DNA of 64,000 nt from Actinomycetes bacterium. Lineage in GTDB: Bacteria > Actinomycetota > Acidimicrobiia > Acidimicrobiales > Bog-793. Shown here one piece after another: positions 1-8,719 of the stretch. A program made the position numbers and the translations under genes. The notes below the pieces were generated by a model. The model did no database searches. It was not told the origin of the DNA and saw only the letters and a list, made by a program, of their open reading frames with translations. How positions within the stretch are numbered: position 1 is the first letter of the stretch; each line of letters opens with the position of its first letter. The stretch is taken from the NCBI GenBank assembly GCA_021796535.1, contig JAKABW010000006.1:6156-70155 (forward strand), in the 5' to 3' direction.

Positions 1-45
1 GAAAGTCCGCACACCGAAAGCCGTAAGTCAAAACGCCTTGTCCGT

Positions 46-1884
46 ATGGCCCTGATTTTGGGGTCCTTGGCGGTGATAGCCATTGCCATATTGTTGAGGC
101 TGCTGATCATAGGCCGGGAACCGGTCAATTCCGACGAAGCGGTGGTGGGTCTGATGGCTCACGAGATTTTGCGCGGACATTTTTTTGCTTTTTATTGGGG
201 GCAGAACTATGGCGGCGTGGAACCTTATATAGTTGCCTTTGCTTTTTTGATTTTTGGCCAATCATCTTGGACTTTGGGTCTTGTACCGGTTTTCCTGGAC
301 TTTGTGGCCGCTTTTCTTTTGTTCAGAATAGGGAAAAGATTTTTCGCCCCCCGCGTGGCATTGGGCGCCTCTTTACTTTTTCTTGTCTGGCCAGAAGTTT
401 ACGTCTGGCAATCCACCATTGAATACGGGTTTCGCTTTATTGCCTTGGATATCGGCTTGATGATGGTGCTTTTGGTTTTAAAGATCATCGAGGCAAACGG
501 CTCAGGAAGCAATTCCGCTGTCCGTCATGCCGCTACGGGAAATTTACCCTCTGAAGGGTTGCCAGATGCGTCGCCGTCTATTTCAAAGCGCAGGTTTTTC
601 AGTAAAAAGAATTTTGATTATCTGCTGCTCGGTCTCCTGTCCGGTCTCGGCTGGTGGGCGACTCCGGAAATAGCGTATTTTGCCATCCCGCTGGCGCTCT
701 TGATAATTTACTCTTTGTTAAGGAAAAAGCTCAGAGTCTCGTTTTCTCAGTTGGGGCTGTTTATTTTGGGGATTGCCGTAGGTGCGGCACCTTGGCTGTA
801 TGACAATGTCGGGCACGGCTTTCCTTCGCTTAATGCCAACTCTCAAGCCAATTCTCCTTTTACCGAGCATTTTAGGGTATTTTTAAGTCATGTGCTGCCC
901 ATGGTGCTGGATCTCAGATTCATAGCCTCGGGAAATTGGTTGTGGAAAAAAGATTTTGACTTGGCTGTGTATGCTTTGTTGCTGCTGATCTTTTTTGTAT
1001 ATCTGCTCATCAGCATCAAAGAAAAGAAGAATTTTTTTCTTATAATGTTTTTGCTCCTGTTTCCTTTGGAGTATGCCTACTCTCCTTTCACCTGGTACTG
1101 GCAGGACGGCAGATATGCGATATATTTGGCGCCGTTTTTGGCGCTTTATCTGGTGGCGTCCGTAGAGTCCTTATTGCTTTGGTTGTCGGCCCGCCTGAAA
1201 CGGCTTGGGAGATCTGGTGTATCTCCGGACAGCCCAGATAAAATGGCTGACAATGTAAAGAGCGGTTATGTTTTGCCGGCGGGAAGGACACAAAAGATAT
1301 CGACTTGGGCCACCGTTGCGGTCGTAGCTACCGGACTTGCGTTTACGCTGGCCACTGCAGCCAACGTGGCGCCGTTTGTGCCGAATCAAAGCATACTTGG
1401 GCGAAGCAGCTGGCTGTCTTTTGAAAGCAATCCCAACAATTGGCTGGAGCCGACGGTTGCCGTCTTGCGCGAGCATCATATACAAAACGCATTTGCGGGT
1501 TACTGGCTGGCATACGCTCTGACATTTACGGGAAACGGAAGTCTGACGGTTTCTCCCACATTGTTTATCCGCTACGACCAATATGAGGCAGATGTTGAAA
1601 ATGCATCCAAGGTAGCCTGGATTTTTCCCAATCCGACCAGCTTTGCCTTCCTCGAATCTGAAGTCGGTACTTATGCGCTTTATCCAGGGTGCATAGGAGG
1701 GTATCGCAAGAAGGCGGTGCCCGGTTTTGGCTTGTCGGGATGTTTGGATGCGGGTGAAATGGAATCTTATTTAAATAAAATCCATGACGGATACCGGGTA
1801 TTTTCTATGGGAGGTTTGCTGGCCGTAGTGCCGGACAGAGAAGTCAGTTTGGCTGTTTTGTATAAAGCCGAGCATATCTTTTAA
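46..1884 (+). CDS. Polytopic membrane glycosyltransferase, GT39/ArnT(PMT)-like (family assignment tentative)
   Basis: 612-aa ORF with many hydrophobic helices. The N-terminal segment LRLLIIGREPVNSDEAVVGLMAHEILRGHFFAFYWGQNYGG resembles the first loop of ArnT/PMT-type lipid-carrier-dependent glycosyltransferases. The frame has no stop from nt 1, so the true start may lie upstream of the window. Confidence 0.55.
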   Translation: MALILGSLAVIAIAILLRLLIIGREPVNSDEAVVGLMAHEILRGHFFAFYWGQNYGGVEPYIVAFAFLIFGQSSWTLGLVPVFLDFVAAFLLFRIGKRFFAPRVALGASLLFLVWPEVYVWQSTIEYGFRFIALDIGLMMVLLVLKIIEANGSGSNSAVRHAATGNLPSEGLPDASPSISKRRFFSKKNFDYLLLGLLSGLGWWATPEIAYFAIPLALLIIYSLLRKKLRVSFSQLGLFILGIAVGAAPWLYDNVGHGFPSLNANSQANSPFTEHFRVFLSHVLPMVLDLRFIASGNWLWKKDFDLAVYALLLLIFFVYLLISIKEKKNFFLIMFLLLFPLEYAYSPFTWYWQDGRYAIYLAPFLALYLVASVESLLLWLSARLKRLGRSGVSPDSPDKMADNVKSGYVLPAGRTQKISTWATVAVVATGLAFTLATAANVAPFVPNQSILGRSSWLSFESNPNNWLEPTVAVLREHHIQNAFAGYWLAYALTFTGNGSLTVSPTLFIRYDQYEADVENASKVAWIFPNPTSFAFLESEVGTYALYPGCIGGYRKKAVPGFGLSGCLDAGEMESYLNKIHDGYRVFSMGGLLAVVPDREVSLAVLYKAEHIF

Positions 1885-2039
1885 AGAGTTCGGAAGATAT
1901 TTAGTATTTTATCCTTCTTCTTTCGTCGCTGTTTAATCTTTTTGGATAAGTCGTATTTTGCTGTCAAGACAACATCTCATGTAAATTAAGTGCCGTGTCG
2001 ACGTGCGGCGGTTCCGTATTTGGTATTAGCCTGTAGGTT

Positions 2040-3017
2040 GTGGCCACAGTCAAAAAAAGAGAAAATCGTATTTATCCAGACATAAGCTCCAAAGCTTATG
2101 AACACCCTACGGACAGAGCGGCTACCGCTGCTTTGGCCTCGATACCTTTATTGGATAAAGTATTAAAAAAAATAAGCGAATTGGGATTTGAGAAATCTTT
2201 GGAGCAGCAATTGCTGGCTGATTCTGTCAAATTGTCAGACAAACAGCTTCCGAAAGTGTTTTCTCTCTTTACAGAGTCGCTCACGACGCTTGATATCCAG
2301 GCAAAACCGGATCTTTATATCAGGCAGTTTCCCGTTATCAACGCTTTAACAGTGGGTTCGTCAAGACCCGTTGTGATAGCCAACTCTGCGCTTGTCACCC
2401 AAGTCGGGGAAAGTGAATTGCACGCCGTTTTTGGCCATGAGGCAGGGCATATTCTCTCCGAACACGTTCACTATGCCACGGTTCTCACCATATTACAGCG
2501 TTTGGCGTCTTCCGGAATTTCTACGGTCGGCAAACTGCCGATTCAGGGTCTGTTGATAATTCTTTCCGAGTGGTACCGGTGTGCCGAATTGAGTTGTGAC
2601 AGGGCCGCCACGCTTGTCGTGGACGACCCCTTGGTCGTCTGCAGACTGCTGATGTCAACCGCAGCCGGGGGGATCAAGGATCTCAATCTGGATGCATTTT
2701 TGGCGCAGGCCAATGACTTTATGGAAAACACGGATCTTTTTGCCCGTCACAACAGATGGGTCAACGAATTGGGCAGGTCGCACCCTTATACTGTAAGGCG
2801 CGTCGGTGAGCTGATGCGGTGGGTACGGGAAGGCGATTTTGACAGAATTCGTTCCGGGAATTATATAAAAAGAGGACAGGAGCCGCCTCCCTCGGAACAA
2901 CTGAAAGCAGCCACCGAGCACTACAAGGAGAGGTTTTCTGAAGTTTTGGAACGCATAGCCGGCGGTATCGGCCGTTTGGCCGATCAGGTGTCAGATTGGA
3001 TCAAAGGAGATAAGTGA
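2040..3017 (+). CDS. M48 family zinc metallopeptidase
   Basis: 325-aa ORF with a GTG start. It carries the HEXXH zinc motif in FGHEAGHILSEH, and the overall layout matches soluble M48/HtpX-like peptidases. Confidence 0.8.
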   Translation: MATVKKRENRIYPDISSKAYEHPTDRAATAALASIPLLDKVLKKISELGFEKSLEQQLLADSVKLSDKQLPKVFSLFTESLTTLDIQAKPDLYIRQFPVINALTVGSSRPVVIANSALVTQVGESELHAVFGHEAGHILSEHVHYATVLTILQRLASSGISTVGKLPIQGLLIILSEWYRCAELSCDRAATLVVDDPLVVCRLLMSTAAGGIKDLNLDAFLAQANDFMENTDLFARHNRWVNELGRSHPYTVRRVGELMRWVREGDFDRIRSGNYIKRGQEPPPSEQLKAATEHYKERFSEVLERIAGGIGRLADQVSDWIKGDK

Positions 3018-3288
3018 CCTTTCTTATCCCGGGAGATCTTGACCGCGGTAGGCTCTGACCGAAATCAGCTGTTTTGGCATTGCCGATCCGGAGGACCTTT
3101 TGGCGGGAAGACCGCTTCTGTCAAAGCACTGCTTCGGAAGTTTGTGAATTCGAATAATGTTGTCAGGATGAAGACGTATCTGCCGGCCGATTGGGAGTAT
3201 CAGAGCCCTCTTTGTTCTTGGGCAGAGTTTTCTTTTGCTAAAGTGGTTTGAAGCAGGCGCAAACCAGTTTTCGGGTTCCAAGCGTTTT

Positions 3289-3361
3289 GCCCTCGTAGCT
3301 CAGGGGATAGAGCAGCGGTTTCCTAAACCGTGTGCCGCAGGTTCGAATCCTGCCGAGGGCG
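3289..3361 (+). tRNA. tRNA-Arg (anticodon CCT)
   Basis: Manual 73-nt cloverleaf: acceptor GCCCTCG/CGAGGGC, D arm GCTC-AGGGGATA-GAGC, anticodon arm GCGGT-TTCCTAA-ACCGT, T arm GCAGG-TTCGAAT-CCTGC, discriminator G. CCA is not encoded. Confidence 0.95.
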
Positions 3362-3568
3362 CAAGAAATAGCAGGTTGATAATTAAATGCATTTATCGTC
3401 AATAATTACAAAACCTTCGATTGGTGGAATAATTCTATTTGTCTACTGGAGTTATTTTTCATTGGTACCTATATGAGCACTTATCCAGTTTGTTAATTCA
3501 TCTATTTCGATTTCTCGTGCTGCAATTCGAACCATAATCGCAACAATGTCGTCAGTAGTTGATGAGAT

Positions 3569-3850
3569 CTAAACATAATCATTGCGGGCAATAAATTCTC
3601 GAAGGCATGCATAAGCAGTTCTCTTATTACCATCTGGCAGGGCGTGGTTTCTAACTAACCGTTCAACTAAAATGGCAGCTTTACGCTCAAACTCCTCATA
3701 AAAAGTTACTCCACCAAATGAGGCACCAGGTGCATCCAATGCCGATTCTGCTAATCCAATACCGACTCCCTTTGAAAGCACCTTCGCATCTATTCCAAGC
3801 ACCTTTTCAGCAATTATTAGGTAATCGACAAGATCAAGGTAGTACGTCAC
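3569..3850 (-). CDS. doc: Doc (death-on-curing, Fic-fold) family toxin, truncated by an in-frame TAG; likely a pseudogene
   Basis: The Fic/Doc signature is present in NHALPDGNKRTAYA. The ORF has 93 codons, whereas I expect about 126-132 for Doc. The same frame continues for 38 sense codons after the TAG, down to a TAA at 3452-3454. Confidence 0.8.
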   Translation of the reverse strand: MTYYLDLVDYLIIAEKVLGIDAKVLSKGVGIGLAESALDAPGASFGGVTFYEEFERKAAILVERLVRNHALPDGNKRTAYACLREFIARNDYV

Positions 3851-4068
3851 ATCTTTGCAAGTTTTTCAAAAACTTCACTTTCTGCTTCAAATAACTTTGA
3901 TAAGCGCTTTTGAAAATCTGGGTCTGCCTTTCGAGCATCAATATATTCATCTATCGCAACTCTAACGGCTTCTGAAACCGATAAGTTATCAGTCCGTGCA
4001 ACTAGTTCAAGGGCTTCCGCAGTTGAGGGTTGCATTCGAATTGTTGTCATATGCGAATTTGTATTCAT
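3847..4068 (-). CDS. Type II antitoxin (ribbon-helix-helix/Phd-position partner of Doc)
   Basis: 73-aa ORF directly upstream of doc with a 4-nt ATGA overlap. The N-terminal TTIRMQPSTAEALELVA is RHH-like and the C-terminus is acidic and helical. Confidence 0.65.
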   Translation of the reverse strand: MNTNSHMTTIRMQPSTAEALELVARTDNLSVSEAVRVAIDEYIDARKADPDFQKRLSKLFEAESEVFEKLAKM

Positions 4069-4273
4069 GATATCAGTATAACACGAGAATAAACTGTTTA
4101 TAACGTGTCGACAGGTTTTAGTTAGAAAGATTTATGAACGATATCACGAGCAGTCATTTTTGGGAATGAAATACCCATAACTGATTAGTACCAGATGTTA
4201 CTAGACAGACTGGCACCCTTACTGAACAGGCTAAATGATACTGGATAGTACTAGATGGACAAACGAAGTCTGA

Positions 4274-4317
4274 TTCCTAAACCGTGTGCCGCAGGTTCGA
4301 ATCCTGCCGAGGGCGCA
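4274..4317 (+). repeat. Direct repeat of the tRNA-Arg(CCT) 3' half (att-like junction)
   Basis: 44/44 nt identical to 3320-3363 (ttcctaaaccgtgtgccgcaggttcgaatcctgccgagggcgca). Confidence 0.95.
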
Positions 4318-4361
4318 TTTTGACTTGCTGAATCAACCAATAGTGTTTGGCAGATCCCCGT

Positions 4362-4778
4362 CTAGTCTGAAGGCTCTAAAATTTTCTCAAGGAAATCAAC
4401 GGGAGAAAATATTGGGATTTTATTTGATAAAGATAGCAAATCTAAATCGCCTGTAACGATCATAGATTTTGTACGAAGTGCCAATGCTATTAGATAGTTG
4501 TCATCGGGATCTTTAGAAAAGATTTCGGAAGGCAACTCGGCATCTTCGATTGACACTCCTTCTTCGCTTAGAAGATTGATGATGTTATCAATGTCTGACT
4601 GCGTAGTATATTTTTGAAGCTTTGGATATGTAAGAACTCTGCCAAGTTCTTCAAGTAACTTTTGAGAGATAATGATTTCGAATGAGCCCCTCAACCATTC
4701 TCGCATTATTTTTGCTGGGGATCCTTCCTTGCTAATCATCGCTGAAATAATTACATTATCGTCAAGGATAATTTGCAC
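4362..4778 (-). CDS. PIN-domain toxin (TIGR00305-like putative TA toxin)
   Basis: 138 aa. Acidic PIN residues sit in ILDDNV, DPDDNYLIALA and IVTGDLDLL. The gene abuts the upstream antitoxin gene with no gap. Confidence 0.8.
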   Translation of the reverse strand: MQIILDDNVIISAMISKEGSPAKIMREWLRGSFEIIISQKLLEELGRVLTYPKLQKYTTQSDIDNIINLLSEEGVSIEDAELPSEIFSKDPDDNYLIALALRTKSMIVTGDLDLLSLSNKIPIFSPVDFLEKILEPSD

Positions 4779-5015
4779 CTATTTATTAGTACTCCTTTTC
4801 CTGTCTGAATGTTGAGCTTGGAGAGCTAAAGCCATTGCTTGGCTCTCATCTAAAGTGTTACGTTGCCAGAGCTTTTCAAATAGATCAAGCCCAAGTCTTT
4901 GGCGTATTGCCTCCTCAATTAACTCGCTTTCTCCTTTACCTTCTCTGGCAGCACGAACCTTCACCATTTTTAAGACATCCTCATCAATTGTTAGTGTCGT
5001 TCTTGTTTTACTCAT
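4779..5015 (-). CDS. Ribbon-helix-helix (CopG-like) antitoxin
   Basis: 78 aa. TTLTIDEDVLKMVKVRAAREGKGESELIEEAIRQ is a typical RHH beta-strand plus two helices. The stop is immediately adjacent to the PIN start. Confidence 0.7.
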   Translation of the reverse strand: MSKTRTTLTIDEDVLKMVKVRAAREGKGESELIEEAIRQRLGLDLFEKLWQRNTLDESQAMALALQAQHSDRKRSTNK

Positions 5016-5182
5016 ATATACATAATAGCATCAAACAATCATAAGTAAAGTGCCAGCAAGCTAATTCCAGTATCGGCACGACAAAGGAAAAGTATTTTGA
5101 TTCAAAATTAGGAATACTCTGGGAATCAAATGTATGACACTGCCCGATATTAGGAGATACTAGACAGACAAATGCGGTCTGA

Positions 5183-5225
5183 TTCCTAAACCGTGTGCCG
5201 CAGGTTCGAATCCTGCCGAGGGCGC
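5183..5225 (+). repeat. Second direct repeat of the tRNA-Arg(CCT) 3' half (distal att-like junction)
   Basis: 43/43 nt identical to 3320-3362. It shares the extra upstream gtctga with the copy at 4268-4273. Confidence 0.95.
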
Positions 5226-5334
5226 TTAAAAGTTGAACTTTTCACTCTATGTATGCTAGGATTTCCCGAAAGGGCGTAGGTGTGGCAGTTCTTGACGGGT
5301 GCAAGGACTTCCCGGATGAGAGTCGAGTAATGCG

Positions 5335-6363
5335 TTGAGTTTAACTAAAGTTACTTCCCAATGGAACGGGCCCGCAATCTTAGTTGAAGGCGTGCATAAG
5401 TATTTCCGTAACGTTCAGGCATTGCGCGGTATAGATCTGAGCGTGGAACGCGGTAAGGTACTTGGTTTGCTGGGTCCCAACGGCGCCGGTAAAACTACGG
5501 CGGTCAAGATCATAACTACCCTTTTGGTGCCGGACAAAGGAAAAGTCTTGGTCGAAGGACGCGACGCGATCGGATCACCGGCGGCCGTGCGCGAAATTAT
5601 AGGTCTGGCCGGACAGTCTACTGCCGTTCAGGAAGAATTGACCGGACGAGAAAATTTGGAAATCATGGGCCGCCTTTACCACATAGGCGCGTCTATCAGA
5701 AAACAACGGGCAACCGAACTCATCGAACTTTTTGATTTGGCGGATGCCGCAGACCGTCCCGTCAAAGGTTACTCGGGCGGCATGCAAAGACGTCTTGATC
5801 TTGCTCTGAGTCTTGTTTCACAGCCCCAGGTACTTTTTTTGGACGAACCCACCACGGGACTGGATCCGAGAAGCCGTTTGGGCATGTGGGAAGTCATCAG
5901 GGATCTGGTATCGGCCGGCACCACTTTATTGCTCACTACCCAGTATCTGGAAGAAGCCGACGAGCTGGCCGACGACATTGTGGTCATTGATCACGGACAG
6001 GTCATCGCGTCCGGTACGCCGCGACAGTTGAAAAATAAAGTAGGCGGAGACGTAGTTGAATTTGAAGTCGTCGACAAAAGTCGTTTGGCGGAGGCAGCCG
6101 AAGCGGTCAAACCCATTTCCGAGGCGGAGCCCCAAATCAACGCCGAGATCTTCAGGATCAGCCTGCGTGTCGGCGACAACGGTTCCAATGCATTGGTGGA
6201 AACCGTAAGGCGGCTCGACGCAATCGGAATACATACCGAAAATTTGGGTGTCCGACGACCTTCTTTGGACGACGTATTTTTGTCGTTGACCGGACACGGA
6301 GCGGAAGAAGCTGAAAAAACAGCCAAGTCTGCCCGGCGTAAGAGTAAGCACGGCGATCACTAG
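5335..6363 (+). CDS. ABC transporter ATP-binding protein (DrrA/ABC-2 exporter type)
   Basis: Walker A GPNGAGKTT, signature YSGGMQRRL, Walker B VLFLDEPTTGLD. TTG start. Confidence 0.9.
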   Translation: MSLTKVTSQWNGPAILVEGVHKYFRNVQALRGIDLSVERGKVLGLLGPNGAGKTTAVKIITTLLVPDKGKVLVEGRDAIGSPAAVREIIGLAGQSTAVQEELTGRENLEIMGRLYHIGASIRKQRATELIELFDLADAADRPVKGYSGGMQRRLDLALSLVSQPQVLFLDEPTTGLDPRSRLGMWEVIRDLVSAGTTLLLTTQYLEEADELADDIVVIDHGQVIASGTPRQLKNKVGGDVVEFEVVDKSRLAEAAEAVKPISEAEPQINAEIFRISLRVGDNGSNALVETVRRLDAIGIHTENLGVRRPSLDDVFLSLTGHGAEEAEKTAKSARRKSKHGDH

Positions 6364-6370
6364 GAGAAAA

Positions 6371-7198
6371 ATGAGTTCTTTGGAAATATCGATCTCGGAG
6401 CCTTTGCACATTCCAAGCCAGCCTATCGGCAAGAGGATTAAGCTTGGTGTTTCTGATGTATTGGCTTTGACCCATCGGGATTTGCTGGTTTGGTTACGCA
6501 ATCCCGCCTTTATTTTCTTCACAATTATCCAGCCGGTCATGTTTGTACTCTTGTTTCGCTATGTTTTCGGCGGCGCTATTCCGGTAAGGGTACCGGGAGG
6601 TTATGTAAACTTCTTAATGCCTGGCATTATCGCTCAGTCTGCGGCTTTTGCTTCTTTCGGAACGGCCATTTCTTTGGCCAGACAATTGCAAAAGGGAGTT
6701 ATCGATCGCTATAGGGCAATGCCCATGGCGCGTTCGGCTGTTCTCCTCGGGAGACTTGTGGCAGACACTATTCGCCTGACGGTAACGGTGCTTGTTATCT
6801 TAGGGGTAGGGTATGCAATAGGCTTCCGCTTTGCCAACGGGATTTTGGCGGCAGTCGTTATGTTGGTGCTCGGCATAGCATTTGGCGTTGTCATCTGCAC
6901 CGTAAGTGCCTATGTCGGATTAGCCATCAAAGACGAAGAATCTGTAGGCTCATTCGGTTTGATATGGCTATTCCCCCTTACTTTTGTCAGTGCGGCTTTT
7001 GTGCCGGTTCAGTCTATGCCCGGTTGGTTGCAGGCCTTTGCGAATAATCAACCCGTAACGGTTGTCATCAACGAAATGAGAGCTCTTGCTTTGGGCGGTC
7101 CCCTGGCTCTCCACGCCTGGCAAAGTGTGGTGTGGCTTTTGGGGATAGTTGCAGTCTTTGTTCCTCTGGCAGTCAGGGCTTATAAAAAAGCCGCTTAG
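6371..7198 (+). CDS. ABC-2 type transporter permease
   Basis: 275 aa with about 6 TM helices. It lies 8 nt downstream of the ATPase gene. The layout is that of a DrrB-like ABC-2 membrane protein. Confidence 0.85.
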   Translation: MSSLEISISEPLHIPSQPIGKRIKLGVSDVLALTHRDLLVWLRNPAFIFFTIIQPVMFVLLFRYVFGGAIPVRVPGGYVNFLMPGIIAQSAAFASFGTAISLARQLQKGVIDRYRAMPMARSAVLLGRLVADTIRLTVTVLVILGVGYAIGFRFANGILAAVVMLVLGIAFGVVICTVSAYVGLAIKDEESVGSFGLIWLFPLTFVSAAFVPVQSMPGWLQAFANNQPVTVVINEMRALALGGPLALHAWQSVVWLLGIVAVFVPLAVRAYKKAA

Positions 7199-7685
7199 GG
7201 AGAGCGACAAAATGCAAATGGATGCGATATGAGGTACGCTCTGCCGCGTCAGATACCCCACGCTTAAAGTTTTTTGACCGGGACTCGAAGCAAAATGACC
7301 GTACTATAAACAACAGACCGGCTACAGCTCTTTATTACAACCTCATATGGGGTTATTGTCCCCGCCGGTTGCATGTGATTGGCCCGGGGTTGCATTTATC
7401 TCCAAAGAGGATTCGGATTTTTTCAAAATGATCGCAACTCCGACTATCTTTGCAGTGCGTAAAAAGGTTGTACCCCGTTCCTTGTCCTTTGGAAATCAAT
7501 AAATCTGCAATAACTTTATTGGCAGGGAACCGAAAGCCAGCGCTCTCCCGTCAGACAAGTCTTATATTGTAGGACACCATGAAATATCTTGACCGTGTGC
7601 GGCAGGATCTAAATTATTCCCCGGCCGTCTTTAGACAGCCGGGGAATATGTCTGCGTACTGATTACCGTGACGACCTACCTGTAG

Positions 7686-8432
7686 TCAGTTTTCCGGTTT
7701 TACTTCGCTCTGCGCCCCATCTCCCTTTTTTGTTTCACCGCCATAGAGGAGATGATATACGCCGGCAGCGATAATTCCGCCTATGAGCGGTGCTATGATG
7801 AACACCCAAAGTTGGCTCAAAGCGTTGCCTCCCACAAAAAGAGCCGGGGCAATACTACGTGCCGGGTTTACAGAAGTGCCGTCAAGGGGAATGCCTATGA
7901 TGTGTACCAGGGTAAGCGACAGGCCGATGACCACTCCGGCGATATTGACAACATTTCTTGTGATTGTAAGAATAACCAGAACGAATATGAAAGTTAGGAT
8001 AACTTCTGTTGCAAATGCCCCTCCGGCGTTCAGACCCACCATGGAGTGTGATCCATAACCGTCCGTTCCCAACCCGACCTTTGCGGTCGAGTAGCCCGGA
8101 ACACCGTGGAATATGCCGTACAGCGCCGCGGCCCCTATGATACCGCCCACCACTTGGGAGACCCAGTACATTGCGGCATCCGTCAAGGAAATTCGTTTGG
8201 CAACTAAAAACCCCATGGTGACAGCCGGGTTCACATGACAGCCCGATATGGAGCCTATGGCATATACGAGAACCAGCAATACTAATCCGAAAGCCAGTGC
8301 CGTTGCCACTACGCCGGCTGATTCACTAAAGCCGGCAATTTTAAAACCAAAACTCAGCGTTGCGGTTCCCACTCCAAAAAATACGAGCATAGCTGTTCCA
8401 AAAGCTTCAGCAAACGCTTTCCGATAAGTCAT
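7686..8432 (-). CDS. aqpZ: MIP-family channel (aquaporin Z-like)
   Basis: Two NPA boxes (SGCHVNPAVT and SVNPARS) and a six-TM pattern. Confidence 0.9.
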   Translation of the reverse strand: MTYRKAFAEAFGTAMLVFFGVGTATLSFGFKIAGFSESAGVVATALAFGLVLLVLVYAIGSISGCHVNPAVTMGFLVAKRISLTDAAMYWVSQVVGGIIGAAALYGIFHGVPGYSTAKVGLGTDGYGSHSMVGLNAGGAFATEVILTFIFVLVILTITRNVVNIAGVVIGLSLTLVHIIGIPLDGTSVNPARSIAPALFVGGNALSQLWVFIIAPLIGGIIAAGVYHLLYGGETKKGDGAQSEVKPEN

Positions 8433-8719
8433 TGTTCCTCCCAGTCTGTCATAAATAGCATACTTATAACAGAACTATATTACATTCCGCTTAATTATTT
8501 ATCAATGATATTTGTTCGGATAGAGCAAATAATATATATGCGACACCGCTTGCATATTAATGACTCCATAGCGCTGTATATCAGTAAGGTATTTTCCGGT
8601 AAAACTTTTATGCGTCGCCCGCGTTAGACACAAAGCCGCCGTTTAATTTCTGACTGCAATCAACTCATGGTAATTCAATTGTTATAAGCGGCTCAAAATG
8701 TTTATTTTTAGAAATCAAT

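Larger units (their letters stand above)
3362..5225. mobile_element. Two tandem degenerate integrative islets (about 0.9 kb each) inserted at the 3' end of tRNA-Arg(CCT); no integrase present
   Basis: The full tRNA at 3289-3361 is followed by two direct copies of its 3' half (4274-4317 and 5183-5225). The sequence in between is visibly more AT-rich than the flanks and carries only two TA pairs. Confidence 0.6.

Noticed and set aside
3024-3281. ORFs of 85 aa (minus) and 70 aa (plus) in the 270-nt region between the M48 peptidase gene and tRNA-Arg.
   Set aside because: They overlap each other, have no RBS and no recognisable domains, and have odd composition. The region is probably the tRNA promoter region.
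7198-7549. 9-nt inverted repeat gggagagcg / cgctctccc, 340 nt apart, flanking the long spacer (possible element termini).
   Set aside because: By my rough estimate, a 9-mer inverted match within about 500 nt is expected by chance at roughly 0.5 occurrences. There are no target-site duplications or other mobile-element hallmarks.
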